A stretch of 51,587 bases of DNA, from NCBI GenBank assembly GCA_964603705.1, contig CAZRWC010000001.1, forward strand, positions 1-51,587, given 5' to 3'. This document shows positions 1 to 9,179 of the stretch, in pieces; within the stretch, counting starts at the first letter, position 1; each line of letters starts with the position of its first letter. The notes under the pieces were generated by a model, which saw only the letters and a program-made list of their open reading frames with translations, did not search any database and was not told where the DNA came from. The stretch is from an uncultured Acholeplasmataceae bacterium. GTDB taxonomy: Bacteria > Bacillota_I > Bacilli_A > Acholeplasmatales > Acholeplasmataceae. The position numbers and the translations under genes are program-made.

Positions 1-780
1 GAAGAAGAATTTATTATTCTTGCCGCAAGACCAAGTGTAGGTAAATCAGCTTTTGCAATTAACTTAGCGTTAAATATTGCTAAAAGAAATCCTAAGGGTG
101 ACGATGTTTCAGTTGCCATCTTCTCGCTTGAAATGAGCAACGATCAAATTGTTTCAAGAATGATTGCTAAATTATCCGGCATTAACTCCTATAAATTAAT
201 TACAGGACAATTAAAACCGGAAGAGTGGGCTAGAGTTAATACCGCATCAGAAGCATTAAAAAGAATGCCGATTTTTTTCGATGATTCAGCCGCTTCAACT
301 GTTCAAGATGTCCGCGCAAAGTGTCGTAAGTTAAAGCAAGAAAATAAACTTGATTTTGTAATTATTGATTATTTACAGCTATTAGATTCAAGCGAAAAAA
401 GTTCAAACCGTCAAGAAGCGGTTTCAAAAGTTTCTAGAGGTTTAAAACTAATGGCTAAAGAATTAAAAGTTCCTGTCTTAGCCCTTTCACAATTATCTAG
501 AAGTGTTGAAACTAAAAGCGGTGAAGAGAAAAAGCCAATGCTCTTTCACTTAAGAGAATCAGGGGCAATAGAACAAGATGCTGATATTGTATTATTAATG
601 CATCGACCTGATTTATATGACAAAGAAAAACGTGAAACCGATGATGAAGAAAATCCGGTTAGTAGAATTGAAATTAATGTTGCTAAAAACCGACAAGGGC
701 TATCCGGAAGCGATCTACTTTATCGTTTTAGACTTAGTACTTCTGATTTTAATCAAATAGATAAAGAAAGAGAAGAATAA
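1..780 (+). CDS. dnaB: Replicative DNA helicase DnaB, C-terminal ATPase domain (5' end lies upstream of the window)
   Basis: Frame 1 is open from base 1 (EEEFIILAARPSVGKSAFAI, Walker A GKS) and runs into the listed ORF 133..780. DnaB-like motifs are present: FVIIDYLQLL (Walker B), LSQLSR, ESGAIEQDADIV, AKNRQG. Confidence 0.9.
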   Translation, partial: EEEFIILAARPSVGKSAFAINLALNIAKRNPKGDDVSVAIFSLEMSNDQIVSRMIAKLSGINSYKLITGQLKPEEWARVNTASEALKRMPIFFDDSAASTVQDVRAKCRKLKQENKLDFVIIDYLQLLDSSEKSSNRQEAVSKVSRGLKLMAKELKVPVLALSQLSRSVETKSGEEKKPMLFHLRESGAIEQDADIVLLMHRPDLYDKEKRETDDEENPVSRIEINVAKNRQGLSGSDLLYRFRLSTSDFNQIDKEREE

Positions 781-806
781 AATGGGTAATACCCATTTTT
801 TCTTTA
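779..806 (+). terminator. Intrinsic terminator after dnaB
   Basis: aatgggt-aat-acccatt is a 7-8 bp stem with a 3-nt loop, followed by tttttc ttt, and starts at the dnaB stop codon. Confidence 0.6.
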
Positions 807-855
807 TAATGGAAAAAAAAGATTAAAAGTGCTAATATATGTAAGGTGACTAATT

Positions 856-1917
856 ATGTTAGATAGATTAGAATTAATAGAAAAACGTTATGATGAACTT
901 CAAGAACAATTAATTGCAGGAATTAAAGACGTTAAAGAAATGACAAAAATAATGAAAGAGGTTAGTGATTTAAGCGATATAGTTGAAACATATCGTCTTT
1001 TTAAGGTTAAAAAAGCTGAAATTAAATCATTAAAAACGATTATTTTAGAAGAATCTGATTTGGAATTGATAGCACTCGCTAAATTGGATTTAGAAAATTT
1101 ATCAGAAGAAGTCGAAAAACTAAATGATAAGTTAAAAATATTGTTACTACCAAAAGATCCAAACGATGAAAAAAACGTTATCGTTGAAATCAAGGGTGCT
1201 GCTGGTGGAGACGAGGGAAATATTTTTGCTGGAGATTTGTTTAGAATGTATTCAAAATATGCCGAAGAAAAAAATTGGAAAATCGAAATTGCCAACGCAT
1301 CTTTAGGAACACAAGGCGGTTATACTTCAATTGAATTTATTATTACCGGGAAAAAAGTTTATTCATTTTTAAAATATGAATCAGGAGTTCACCGCGTACA
1401 AAGAGTTCCTGAAACAGAATCTCAAGGCAGAATCCAAACTTCAACAGCCACGGTTTTAATTATGCCAGAAGTTGAAGAACTTGAAGTTAATTTAAACTGG
1501 GATGATATAAGAGTAGATATTTATAACTCAAGTGGTCCAGGTGGACAATCAGTTAACACTACCAAATCAGCAGTTAGACTTACTCATCTTCCGACGAATA
1601 CTGTTGTTCAATGTCAAGATGGTAAGAGCCAACACGAAAACAAAGCTCAAGCTTTTAAAATTTTAAATGCTAGAGTTTATGATAAAATTTTACAAGAAAA
1701 AGATACCGAAGAAGCTAAACTGCGACGTTCATTAGTTAAATCAGGTGATCGAGCTGAAAAAATTAGAACGTATAACTATCCCCAAAATCGCGTTACCGAT
1801 CATAGAATCGGTCTGACTTTACAACGTCTTGATCAAGTTGTTGAAGGAAATTTAGATTTAATTATCGAACCATTAATCAACGAGATGCAAAAACAACAAT
1901 TAATCGGCGAAAAATGA
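856..1917 (+). CDS. prfA: Peptide chain release factor 1
   Basis: 353 aa with the GGQ motif (SGPGGQSVNTT) and RF1-type PET-like tripeptide region (RVPETESQGRIQTS). SD aaggtga lies upstream. It ends in TGA, overlapping the prmC ATG (ATGA). Confidence 0.97.
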   Translation: MLDRLELIEKRYDELQEQLIAGIKDVKEMTKIMKEVSDLSDIVETYRLFKVKKAEIKSLKTIILEESDLELIALAKLDLENLSEEVEKLNDKLKILLLPKDPNDEKNVIVEIKGAAGGDEGNIFAGDLFRMYSKYAEEKNWKIEIANASLGTQGGYTSIEFIITGKKVYSFLKYESGVHRVQRVPETESQGRIQTSTATVLIMPEVEELEVNLNWDDIRVDIYNSSGPGGQSVNTTKSAVRLTHLPTNTVVQCQDGKSQHENKAQAFKILNARVYDKILQEKDTEEAKLRRSLVKSGDRAEKIRTYNYPQNRVTDHRIGLTLQRLDQVVEGNLDLIIEPLINEMQKQQLIGEK

Positions 1918-2747
1918 CATATAAAGATTTATACTACTTAGGTGTAGATATTTTAGAAGACGAATTAGAAGAACCAGAAATTGCAAAATTAACTCTAGCT
2001 TATATTCTTGATAAACAACAAAACGAAATATACCTATATTTTGACGATGAAGTTGAAGAAGAAAAAGCAAGATATTTTATTAATATTATTTATCATTATA
2101 TCGATTATTCGGAACCTATCCAGTACCTTTTAGGTCAAACTTATTTTTATGGAAGAAAATTCCTTTTAAATGAAAATGTTTTAATACCAAGACCAGAAAC
2201 GGAAACTTTAGTAGATTTAATAATTAAAAAACTTCCCAATCAATTAAAAGTATTAGAAATCGGAACTGGTAGTGGAATTATTGGAATTACCTTAAATAAA
2301 GAAAAAAATTACGATATATTAGCAACTGATATTAGTGCTGGGGCCTTGGAAGTTGCAATAGCAAATGCAGAGTTAAATGAAGCAAATATAGAGTTTCGAG
2401 AAGGTTCACTTTATTCAAAAATTAAGCCGGATGAAGTTTTTGATCTTATAGTATCAAATCCCCCTTATCTAACCAAAAATTATTTGATTGACCGAGTTGT
2501 AGAATTTGAACCAGAAATAGCATTATATGGTGGTGCTGAAGGGTTGGATATAATCGAAGGAATTATAAAAGATGCCGATAAATTTTTAAGCCCAAACGGA
2601 ATAATTGTTTTAGAACATAATCCGGAACAAGCTTTTAAAATTATGATAATGGCTAAAAAATACGTTAAAAACGCCCATGTTTATTTGTTAAAAGATTTAG
2701 CAGGTAGAAAAAGAATAACTTTAATAAGAAAGGTAAATGAAAAATGA
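1914..2747 (+). CDS. prmC: Release factor glutamine N5-methyltransferase
   Basis: 277 aa with the SAM-binding motif LEIGTGSGIIG and the catalytic NPPY motif (VSNPPYL). It sits directly after prfA with a 4-nt overlap, the classic prfA-prmC pairing. Confidence 0.9.
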   Translation: MTYKDLYYLGVDILEDELEEPEIAKLTLAYILDKQQNEIYLYFDDEVEEEKARYFINIIYHYIDYSEPIQYLLGQTYFYGRKFLLNENVLIPRPETETLVDLIIKKLPNQLKVLEIGTGSGIIGITLNKEKNYDILATDISAGALEVAIANAELNEANIEFREGSLYSKIKPDEVFDLIVSNPPYLTKNYLIDRVVEFEPEIALYGGAEGLDIIEGIIKDADKFLSPNGIIVLEHNPEQAFKIMIMAKKYVKNAHVYLLKDLAGRKRITLIRKVNEK

Positions 2748-3301
2748 AAGATGGAGATATGATAATCTTCCCAACCGATACGGTTTATGGATTAGCAACT
2801 AGGCTTTATGATGATGTAGGATTAAAAAATATTTTTGAATTAAAAAAAAGAGATAAATCAAAAACGATACCTATTTTAGTTAGTAAAATTGTTGATATTA
2901 ATCCGATCGCTCATTATAATGATGACGCCCTAAAGTTAATGACTAGCTTTTGGCCCGGACCATTGACAATTATTTTAAAATCAACCCAAGATTTCTTTAA
3001 AAAAACTGGAGAAGCAACCGTAGCGGTTAGAATTCCTAATCACTATATTGCTTTAAATGTAATTGATGAATTTGGTCCAATGCGAACAACTTCTGTCAAT
3101 CAATCTGGCGAATGCGAATTAAATTGTTTGACTAAAATTAAAGAAAAATACGGTGATAAAGTGTTTCACATTTATGGCGAGTATGAAGGGAAATACGGAG
3201 GTATTCCCTCAACAGTCATAGATATGTCTAAAAACGAGTTAAAAGTAATTAGAGAAGGAACAATTACTTTTGAGCAATTAACCGACGCACTTAATAAATG
3301 A
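2744..3301 (+). CDS. tsaC: L-threonylcarbamoyladenylate synthase, short YrdC/TsaC type (t6A pathway)
   Basis: 185 aa with the YrdC/Sua5 N-terminal signature (IIFPTDTVYGLA, KxR, PGPLTIIL, VAVRIPNH, SVNQSGE). Its position matches Bacillus ywlC downstream of prmC. Confidence 0.85.
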   Translation: MKDGDMIIFPTDTVYGLATRLYDDVGLKNIFELKKRDKSKTIPILVSKIVDINPIAHYNDDALKLMTSFWPGPLTIILKSTQDFFKKTGEATVAVRIPNHYIALNVIDEFGPMRTTSVNQSGECELNCLTKIKEKYGDKVFHIYGEYEGKYGGIPSTVIDMSKNELKVIREGTITFEQLTDALNK

Positions 3302-3414
3302 AATTGTTTTTCGATTTAAGGTATAAAATGGTATAAACACCTCGTTTATAGTTTTACCGAAAAAGTCGAGTAAATTATGTTATAATTTTATATGAACAAA
3401 AAGGAGGAATTATC

Positions 3415-3855
3415 CTGAAAATAGCAATTGGCAGTGACCATGGTGGTTACGAACTAAAAGAAGCAATACTTAAATATTTGTTAAGTAGAAAATATGAAGT
3501 AAAGGATTTTGGAACCGATAGTTTAAATAGCGTTGACTATCCAAAGTTTGGTTTTTTAGTTGGAGAAGCTGTAACTAAATTAGGTTATGATTTAGGAATA
3601 GTCTTTTGTGGAACAGGGATTGGTGCTAGTATTGCAGCCAACAAAGTATTAGGAGTAAGAGCCGCCTTAATTTATGATTTAAATACGGCACATTTAGCCA
3701 AAGAACACAATAATGCTAACGTTATAGCAATTGGTGGCCGGACAACTAGCACTGCTTTGGCAATTCAAATGATAGATGAATTTTTAAACACTAAATTTGA
3801 AACTAGACATCAAAAGCGTCTAGACTTATTGAATGATTATGAAAAAAAGTTATGA
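3415..3855 (+). CDS. rpiB: Ribose-5-phosphate isomerase B (LacAB/RpiB family), apparent CTG start
   Basis: The listed ORF starts at an internal TTG (3478). The in-frame upstream sequence reads (L)KIAIGSDHGGYELKEAILKYL, which is the conserved RpiB N-terminus. AGGAGG at 3402-3407 lies 7 nt before CTG 3415. No in-frame ATG, GTG or TTG exists between the upstream TAG stop (3349-3351) and 3478. Confidence 0.8.
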   Translation: MKIAIGSDHGGYELKEAILKYLLSRKYEVKDFGTDSLNSVDYPKFGFLVGEAVTKLGYDLGIVFCGTGIGASIAANKVLGVRAALIYDLNTAHLAKEHNNANVIAIGGRTTSTALAIQMIDEFLNTKFETRHQKRLDLLNDYEKKL

Positions 3856-4483
3856 GAAACCAAAGTTGGTTGTATTTGAACATCCATTAATTAGCCATAA
3901 GATGGCAATTATTAGAGATAAAAATACTTCAACAAAAGAATTTAAAGAATCAGTTTCTGAAATTGGTGCACTGATTACTTATGAAATCACAAGAGATTTA
4001 AAGACTAAACCTAAAAAAGTTGCTACACCGATTGAATTAACAACTTGTAATGTTTTAAATGAACCGGTTGTAATCGTGCCAATTTTAAGAGCAGGTTTAG
4101 GGATGGTCGAAGGAATTATTAATATTATTCCAACTGCAAAAGTTGGACATATTGGTTTGTATCGAAATGAAGAAACCTTAGAACCAACCGATTATTACTC
4201 TAAATTTCCTGATGAAATAAAAAATGGACTTGTCTTATTAATAGATCCAATGCTTGCTACAGGAGGTAGTGCTGCAAGAGCGATTGAAATATTAAAAAAA
4301 CAAGGTGCAAAAAGAATTAAGTTTGTCGGTTTAGTTGGTTGCCCAGAAGGAATAAATAAACTGCAAACTACGCATCCTGATGTGCCAATTTATTTAGCAG
4401 CATTAGACTCATACTTAAACGAAGATGGATATATCGTGCCTGGACTAGGCGATTGTGGAGACCGATTATTCGGTACAAAGTAA
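3833..4483 (+). CDS. upp: Uracil phosphoribosyltransferase
   Basis: 216 aa with HPLISHKMAIIRD, ILRAGLGM and the PRPP loop LLIDPMLATGGSA, plus the C-terminal YIVPGLGDCGDRLFGT. The start may be ATG 3833 or 3839; it overlaps the rpiB 3' end. Confidence 0.95.
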   Translation: MIMKKSYEKPKLVVFEHPLISHKMAIIRDKNTSTKEFKESVSEIGALITYEITRDLKTKPKKVATPIELTTCNVLNEPVVIVPILRAGLGMVEGIINIIPTAKVGHIGLYRNEETLEPTDYYSKFPDEIKNGLVLLIDPMLATGGSAARAIEILKKQGAKRIKFVGLVGCPEGINKLQTTHPDVPIYLAALDSYLNEDGYIVPGLGDCGDRLFGTK

Positions 4484-4505
4484 AAATATAAGGGTAGGTG
4501 ATTAA

Positions 4506-4850
4506 ATGTCATCTTTAGAAAATGTTAAAACTTTAAAAGAAATGTCAACCCTAGAAAAGGTAATTGAAGCTGAACAAAAAGCTGAGACACTTGTTAAAGA
4601 AGCATTAATAAAAAAAGAAAAAACAATTTTAAATAGCACTGAAAAAGCTAATGAAAAAGCTGCTAAAATAATTAAAACCGCTAATGAAGAAGAAACAAAA
4701 ATAATCGAGGCAGCCTTAATTAGAGAAAAAGAAATTGATCAAGAAATGAAAAAAGAGTTTGATGAAATCGAACTTAGAGTTAAAAACAGTGTGAAAGAAA
4801 AAGTAGATGAAGGTGTGAAGTTTATCTTAGAAAGGATGATAGATAAATGA
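4506..4850 (+). CDS. V-type ATPase peripheral-stalk subunit (E. hirae NtpF / subunit G-H like)
   Basis: 114 aa, all-helical and rich in Lys/Glu/Ala. It is the first gene of an operon whose order matches Enterococcus hirae ntpF-I-K-E-C-G-A-B-D. The call rests on position and composition only. Confidence 0.55.
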   Translation: MSSLENVKTLKEMSTLEKVIEAEQKAETLVKEALIKKEKTILNSTEKANEKAAKIIKTANEEETKIIEAALIREKEIDQEMKKEFDEIELRVKNSVKEKVDEGVKFILERMIDK

Positions 4851-6778
4851 TTGTCCCAGTTAAGAAAACATCTTTAATTATTTTTAAAGAAGATAAAAGA
4901 AAAACTTTAAGAACACTTCAAAAATACGGTTTGATGATGATCGATAATGTTGAAAAACAACAAAAAATCGATACTTCTTATGAAGATAACCTTTATCAAA
5001 GAACTTCTAAGGCAATAAATTATCTTAAAGATTTTAAGCAAAAATCAAAAGCTTTTGGTTATCAAGAAGTTACATATGAAGATTTTCTTACTAGTTATGA
5101 TTCAAGAATTCAATTATTAGAAGAAGTTGAAGCGATTGATTTAAAATTATCTAGTTTAAAAGTTGAAAACGAAAAAATTGCTCAAGACTTAATTGTCTTA
5201 GAGCCTTTTAGAGATTTATCGATTGAAACCAAAGCCGCTAGTATGACAAACTACTCAAAAATTAAATATGGTTTTATTATCGAAAGTAAATTAGAAGAGT
5301 TAAAAAACTATTTTGAAAATAACAATTTAATTTATGAAATATTAAAAGCAGGCGAAGCAGGTATTGCAATTTCTTATGCATATTTACTAGAAGACGAAAT
5401 TAAAACCAATGAAGATTTGGCCTCAATCGGTTTAAAAGAAACCGAATTACCGCTATCTGATTTAAAATTTAAAGATTTTTTAATTTCGAAAGTCGAAGAA
5501 AATGTTTCAAATTTAAAAGAAGAGAGCGAATTAAAAGAAAGACTTTATACCTTGGCAAATCAAGTAGGGGAATTAAGGATTTTGGCAGATCAAATGTTAA
5601 CTATTAAAGAAGAAAAATTAGTTACCTTTGAAGAAACTTCACAATCAATTATTTTAACAGGTTGGGTTAGAACAGATCAAACCGAAGACTTCAAAAAGGC
5701 CTTAACAAAGGCAAATGTTGATTATGAGGTTGAGTTTAGAGATCCTTTAGAAACGGAAACGCCGCCGACAGCTTATAAAAACAACAAATTTGTTCAACCA
5801 TTTGAAACTATTACAAATATGTTCTCACCACCAGATGCTAGAGAATTAGATCCAAACCCGTTGATGAGTATTTGGTTTTGGCTAATCTTTGGAATTATGA
5901 TGGGTGATATTGGTTATGGTTTAATACTATTAATTGGTGCTTTTGTATTTTTAAAGGTGAAAAAACCCAAAGGATCAACTAGAAGTATGTTTGTTGTTTT
6001 TGGACTATCAGGAATAACATCAATAGTTGCTGGTATCGCGTTTGATAGTTTCTTTGGCTATGATATATTAAATAGGATGGGATTAAATATTGCTCTTACA
6101 AACCCAATCGAGCAACCAATTCAACTTTTAATATTTTCACTTTTAATTGGTGTTTTACACATTATTTCAGGATTGATAATGAAAATAGTTCTATCCTTAA
6201 AACGAAAGGATGTTTTATCCGCCTTAGCAGATGGTTTTAGTTGGATATTTGTTTTATCAGGATTATTATTTGCCTTTTGGAAACCCGTTTTAGAAATATT
6301 AGGAGTAACAGTTGGTTATCAAGGTCAAGGAGTACAAATATTAGCTATTATAGGTTATGTATTTTTAATAATCGGGGCGTTATTAATTTTAATATTAAGT
6401 GGCCGCGAACAAAAAAACATCTTTAAAAAAGTAACTTCAGGATTAGGCGGTATATACGGTATTACGGGATATTTATCTGACATTCTAAGTTACTCAAGAA
6501 TATTAGCTTTATCACTTTCTACTGCAGTAATTGCTTTTGCTATGAATACACTAGCAGAAATGGTAAGTGGCGGATTTGGATGGATATTTGCAATTATTAT
6601 TTATATTATTGGACATGTATTTAATTTTGCAATGGGGCTATTAAGTGCATATGTACATGATTCAAGACTACAATATATTGAATTTTACGGAAAATTTTAT
6701 GAAGGAAATGGATATTTATTCGATCCATTTGTATTACAAATCAAACACGTTAATGAAGTAACTAATAAAGACTTATAA
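4847..6778 (+). CDS. ntpI: V-type ATPase subunit I (membrane a-subunit)
   Basis: 643 aa with a soluble coiled N-terminal half and a C-terminal half of about 7 TM helices. The C-terminus carries the conserved SYSRILALSLS and HDSRLQYIEFYGKFYEGNG motifs typical of V/A-type subunit I. Confidence 0.85.
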   Translation: MIVPVKKTSLIIFKEDKRKTLRTLQKYGLMMIDNVEKQQKIDTSYEDNLYQRTSKAINYLKDFKQKSKAFGYQEVTYEDFLTSYDSRIQLLEEVEAIDLKLSSLKVENEKIAQDLIVLEPFRDLSIETKAASMTNYSKIKYGFIIESKLEELKNYFENNNLIYEILKAGEAGIAISYAYLLEDEIKTNEDLASIGLKETELPLSDLKFKDFLISKVEENVSNLKEESELKERLYTLANQVGELRILADQMLTIKEEKLVTFEETSQSIILTGWVRTDQTEDFKKALTKANVDYEVEFRDPLETETPPTAYKNNKFVQPFETITNMFSPPDARELDPNPLMSIWFWLIFGIMMGDIGYGLILLIGAFVFLKVKKPKGSTRSMFVVFGLSGITSIVAGIAFDSFFGYDILNRMGLNIALTNPIEQPIQLLIFSLLIGVLHIISGLIMKIVLSLKRKDVLSALADGFSWIFVLSGLLFAFWKPVLEILGVTVGYQGQGVQILAIIGYVFLIIGALLILILSGREQKNIFKKVTSGLGGIYGITGYLSDILSYSRILALSLSTAVIAFAMNTLAEMVSGGFGWIFAIIIYIIGHVFNFAMGLLSAYVHDSRLQYIEFYGKFYEGNGYLFDPFVLQIKHVNEVTNKDL

Positions 6779-6796
6779 TTAGGAGGAAAACAATAA

Positions 6797-7264
6797 ATGA
6801 ACGGAATTACAATCGCAGTATTAGGTGCTGCAATCGCAACATTTTTATCAGGAACAGGATCAGCTATCGGAGTAGCTGTTGCTGGACGAGCAAGTGCAGG
6901 AGTTATTTCTGAAAAACCAGATTTATTTGGTAGAACACTTATTTTACAAGCTTTACCTGGAACGCAAGGTATTTATGGATTTTTAATCGCTATTTTGATT
7001 TTGTCAAAGATTGGCTTATTAGGTGGAGCTGGTGGAGCTGATATTACATTACAACAAGGTTGGACTTTATTTGCCGCAGGAGCAACTATCGGAGTAGCAG
7101 GACTAACATCGGCTATTTATCAAGGAAAAGCTGCAGCCGCATCAATTTTAATGACAGCTAAAAGACCAGAAATGTCAGCACGTGGTATGACTATTACAGC
7201 CCTTGTTGAAACATACGCAATTTTAGCGCTTTTAGTCAGTATTTTAATTTGGAGTGCAGTCTAA
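6797..7264 (+). CDS. ntpK: V-type ATPase proteolipid subunit K (4-TM duplicated c subunit)
   Basis: 155 aa, very similar by eye to E. hirae NtpK (LILQALPGTQGIYGF, SAIYQGKAAAA, ALVETYAILALL). A strong SD (aggagg) lies upstream. Confidence 0.9.
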   Translation: MNGITIAVLGAAIATFLSGTGSAIGVAVAGRASAGVISEKPDLFGRTLILQALPGTQGIYGFLIAILILSKIGLLGGAGGADITLQQGWTLFAAGATIGVAGLTSAIYQGKAAAASILMTAKRPEMSARGMTITALVETYAILALLVSILIWSAV

Positions 7265-7281
7265 TTATAGGGAGAAAACAA

Positions 7282-7905
7282 ATGAAACCAGAAACTATTT
7301 ACGAAAAAATCGTTAATAAGGGTCAAGAAAAAGCCAATTTAATCAACGAAGAGGCTTTAACAGAAGCACAAATAGTTTCCGATAAAATAGTTAACAACGC
7401 ACAAAAAGAGGCCGATAAGATATTAAGAGATGCCAGAATAAGGGCGGAATCAATTGTTGGTCAAAAGAAAAACTCACTTGAGTTAGAAAAAAGGCAAGCG
7501 AGTTTAAGAGCACAACAAGCAATTATTGAAGAAGTTTTTGAAAATGTTTGGAAAACTATTCAAGCTTATGAGGGAAAAAAACTATTAGACTTTGCTGTTT
7601 CATTGATAAAACAAGAAAACTTGCTTGGCAATGAAACTATTGCAGTTAATAAATCGGAATACGATAAATACTTAAAAGCTTTTTCAACTAATAAAAAAGC
7701 TAATCTAGTTGAACTTAATCTATTAAATGCATCATTAAACGACCCTAAATATCAACTAAAATTAACAAATCAACCAGCAAAAATTAAGGATGGTTTTTTA
7801 GTGATAGGTAAATACTTTGATTTAAACTTTAGTTTTATTTATTTAGTTTTAAATTTACAAAAGAAATATGAAAAGGAACTACTTGATTTAATTTTTAAGG
7901 ATTAG
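7282..7905 (+). CDS. ntpE: V-type ATPase subunit E
   Basis: About 207 aa counted from ATG 7282, with GGAG upstream. The N-terminus is a long charged helix and the C-terminus is globular, and it sits fourth in the ntp-like order. The listed ORF start at 7249 overlaps ntpK and lacks an SD. Confidence 0.7.
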   Translation: MKPETIYEKIVNKGQEKANLINEEALTEAQIVSDKIVNNAQKEADKILRDARIRAESIVGQKKNSLELEKRQASLRAQQAIIEEVFENVWKTIQAYEGKKLLDFAVSLIKQENLLGNETIAVNKSEYDKYLKAFSTNKKANLVELNLLNASLNDPKYQLKLTNQPAKIKDGFLVIGKYFDLNFSFIYLVLNLQKKYEKELLDLIFKD

Positions 7906-7907
7906 AA

Positions 7908-8849
7908 ATGGATAAGAATTTTGTTAATGGCTTTTTTAAAGCTAAATCAACAACTTTATATAAAAAAAATGATTATGATCTTCTAATGTCAACTTCAAAA
8001 GAAGAACTTTTTAATGCGTTGCGCCTTAAAGGCTATGGTGAAAATATCGATATTAAATCAATCGATGAGATTATCGCATTAGAATTTAAAAAACTTGTTC
8101 ATGATTTTAAACAATCCGAGTTAGATAATTTATTATTTATGCTTAACTTAGATGATGATTTAACAAATCTAATTTTAGTTTATAAAGAAAAACTATATAA
8201 CATTAAAGGCAAACATCATTTTATTTACAACAAAACCTATTCTTATGATTATTTACATAGAGCAATTATCGAAGAAGACTATGGTTTTTTAGATGGAAAA
8301 GAAGCCGATTTCTTTAGAAGTTTAAACAAAATTACTAAAGATTTAAAACCGAATGAATTAAGTTCGTTAGTTATAAAATCATATTATCAAAAGATTTTTT
8401 TAAGATTTAAAAAAATAGATTCATCTGTTGTAAAATATTTCAAATTAAAGATCACCATGACTAATATATTGACATTTTTGAGAGTAAAATATTTAAAACT
8501 TAATGAAAAGTTTCTTGAAAGAAATTTAATAAATTATGGTGAAATTGAAATTAGTGATTTTTTAGAATTATTTAACAAAGAAGAAGAGGTTATTGCTAAT
8601 CGTTTTTCAAATCATTATTTAGGTAAAGACAACGGTGCTTTTAGGCAGTTCTTTGAAGATAATAATATTAAAAGTATTGAAGATAAACTTTATTTAGTTT
8701 TTACACAAGATGTAGTCGATTTTGAATATGATGATTCAGGTTTAGGACCAGTTTTAGCTTATATGATTAGAAAAAACAATGAATTTAGAAATATAAGAAC
8801 AATTTATTATAGTGTTGGAGATGCTAGCGATAAATTGATTTTGATTTAG
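7908..8849 (+). CDS. ntpC: V-type ATPase subunit C (eukaryotic d homologue)
   Basis: 313 aa, helical. Size and position match NtpC between E and F. The C-terminal NEFRNIRTI resembles the conserved E..N.R motif of subunit C/d. Confidence 0.7.
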   Translation: MDKNFVNGFFKAKSTTLYKKNDYDLLMSTSKEELFNALRLKGYGENIDIKSIDEIIALEFKKLVHDFKQSELDNLLFMLNLDDDLTNLILVYKEKLYNIKGKHHFIYNKTYSYDYLHRAIIEEDYGFLDGKEADFFRSLNKITKDLKPNELSSLVIKSYYQKIFLRFKKIDSSVVKYFKLKITMTNILTFLRVKYLKLNEKFLERNLINYGEIEISDFLELFNKEEEVIANRFSNHYLGKDNGAFRQFFEDNNIKSIEDKLYLVFTQDVVDFEYDDSGLGPVLAYMIRKNNEFRNIRTIYYSVGDASDKLILI

Positions 8850-8858
8850 AGGATAATT

Positions 8859-9179
8859 ATGGAAGAAAGAAAAATAGTTGCCATCGCAACTACTGAAAAA
8901 GTTTTCTTGTTCAATAGTATAGGAATTGAAGCTTTAATTATTGAAGAGGAAAAATTAGAAAAGGAAATCGAAAAACTCATATTAGAAGGAATAGAAATCT
9001 TTTTAGTAAGCGAAAATCTTGATTTGCAATTATCTGATTTAAGAGAAAAATATGCCGACAAAGCATATCCGGTTTTCTTACTATTACCGATTGATTTTCC
9101 AACTAGTGGTAAGGGAACAAGAAAAATTGAAAAAGATGTTGAAATGGCGATTGGCGTCAATATCTTTAAAGGGGAGTAA
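8859..9179 (+). CDS. ntpG: V-type ATPase subunit F
   Basis: 106 aa with [20 protein letters not shown]...IFLVSE, a typical small alpha/beta subunit F. It lies immediately upstream of the catalytic A subunit with a TAATG overlap. Confidence 0.7.
   Translation: MEERKIVAIATTEKVFLFNSIGIEALIIEEEKLEKEIEKLILEGIEIFLVSENLDLQLSDLREKYADKAYPVFLLLPIDFPTSGKGTRKIEKDVEMAIGVNIFKGE

Noticed and set aside
900-1295. 131-aa ORF antisense to prfA
   Set aside because: It lies entirely inside a highly conserved gene on the opposite strand. Its low-complexity Ser/Phe/Ile-rich translation is typical of the reverse frame of AT-rich coding DNA, and it has no SD.
6241-6426. 61-aa plus-strand ORF in an alternative frame inside ntpI
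   Set aside because: It is embedded in the conserved TM region of subunit I. Nothing suggests programmed frameshifting or an overlapping gene.
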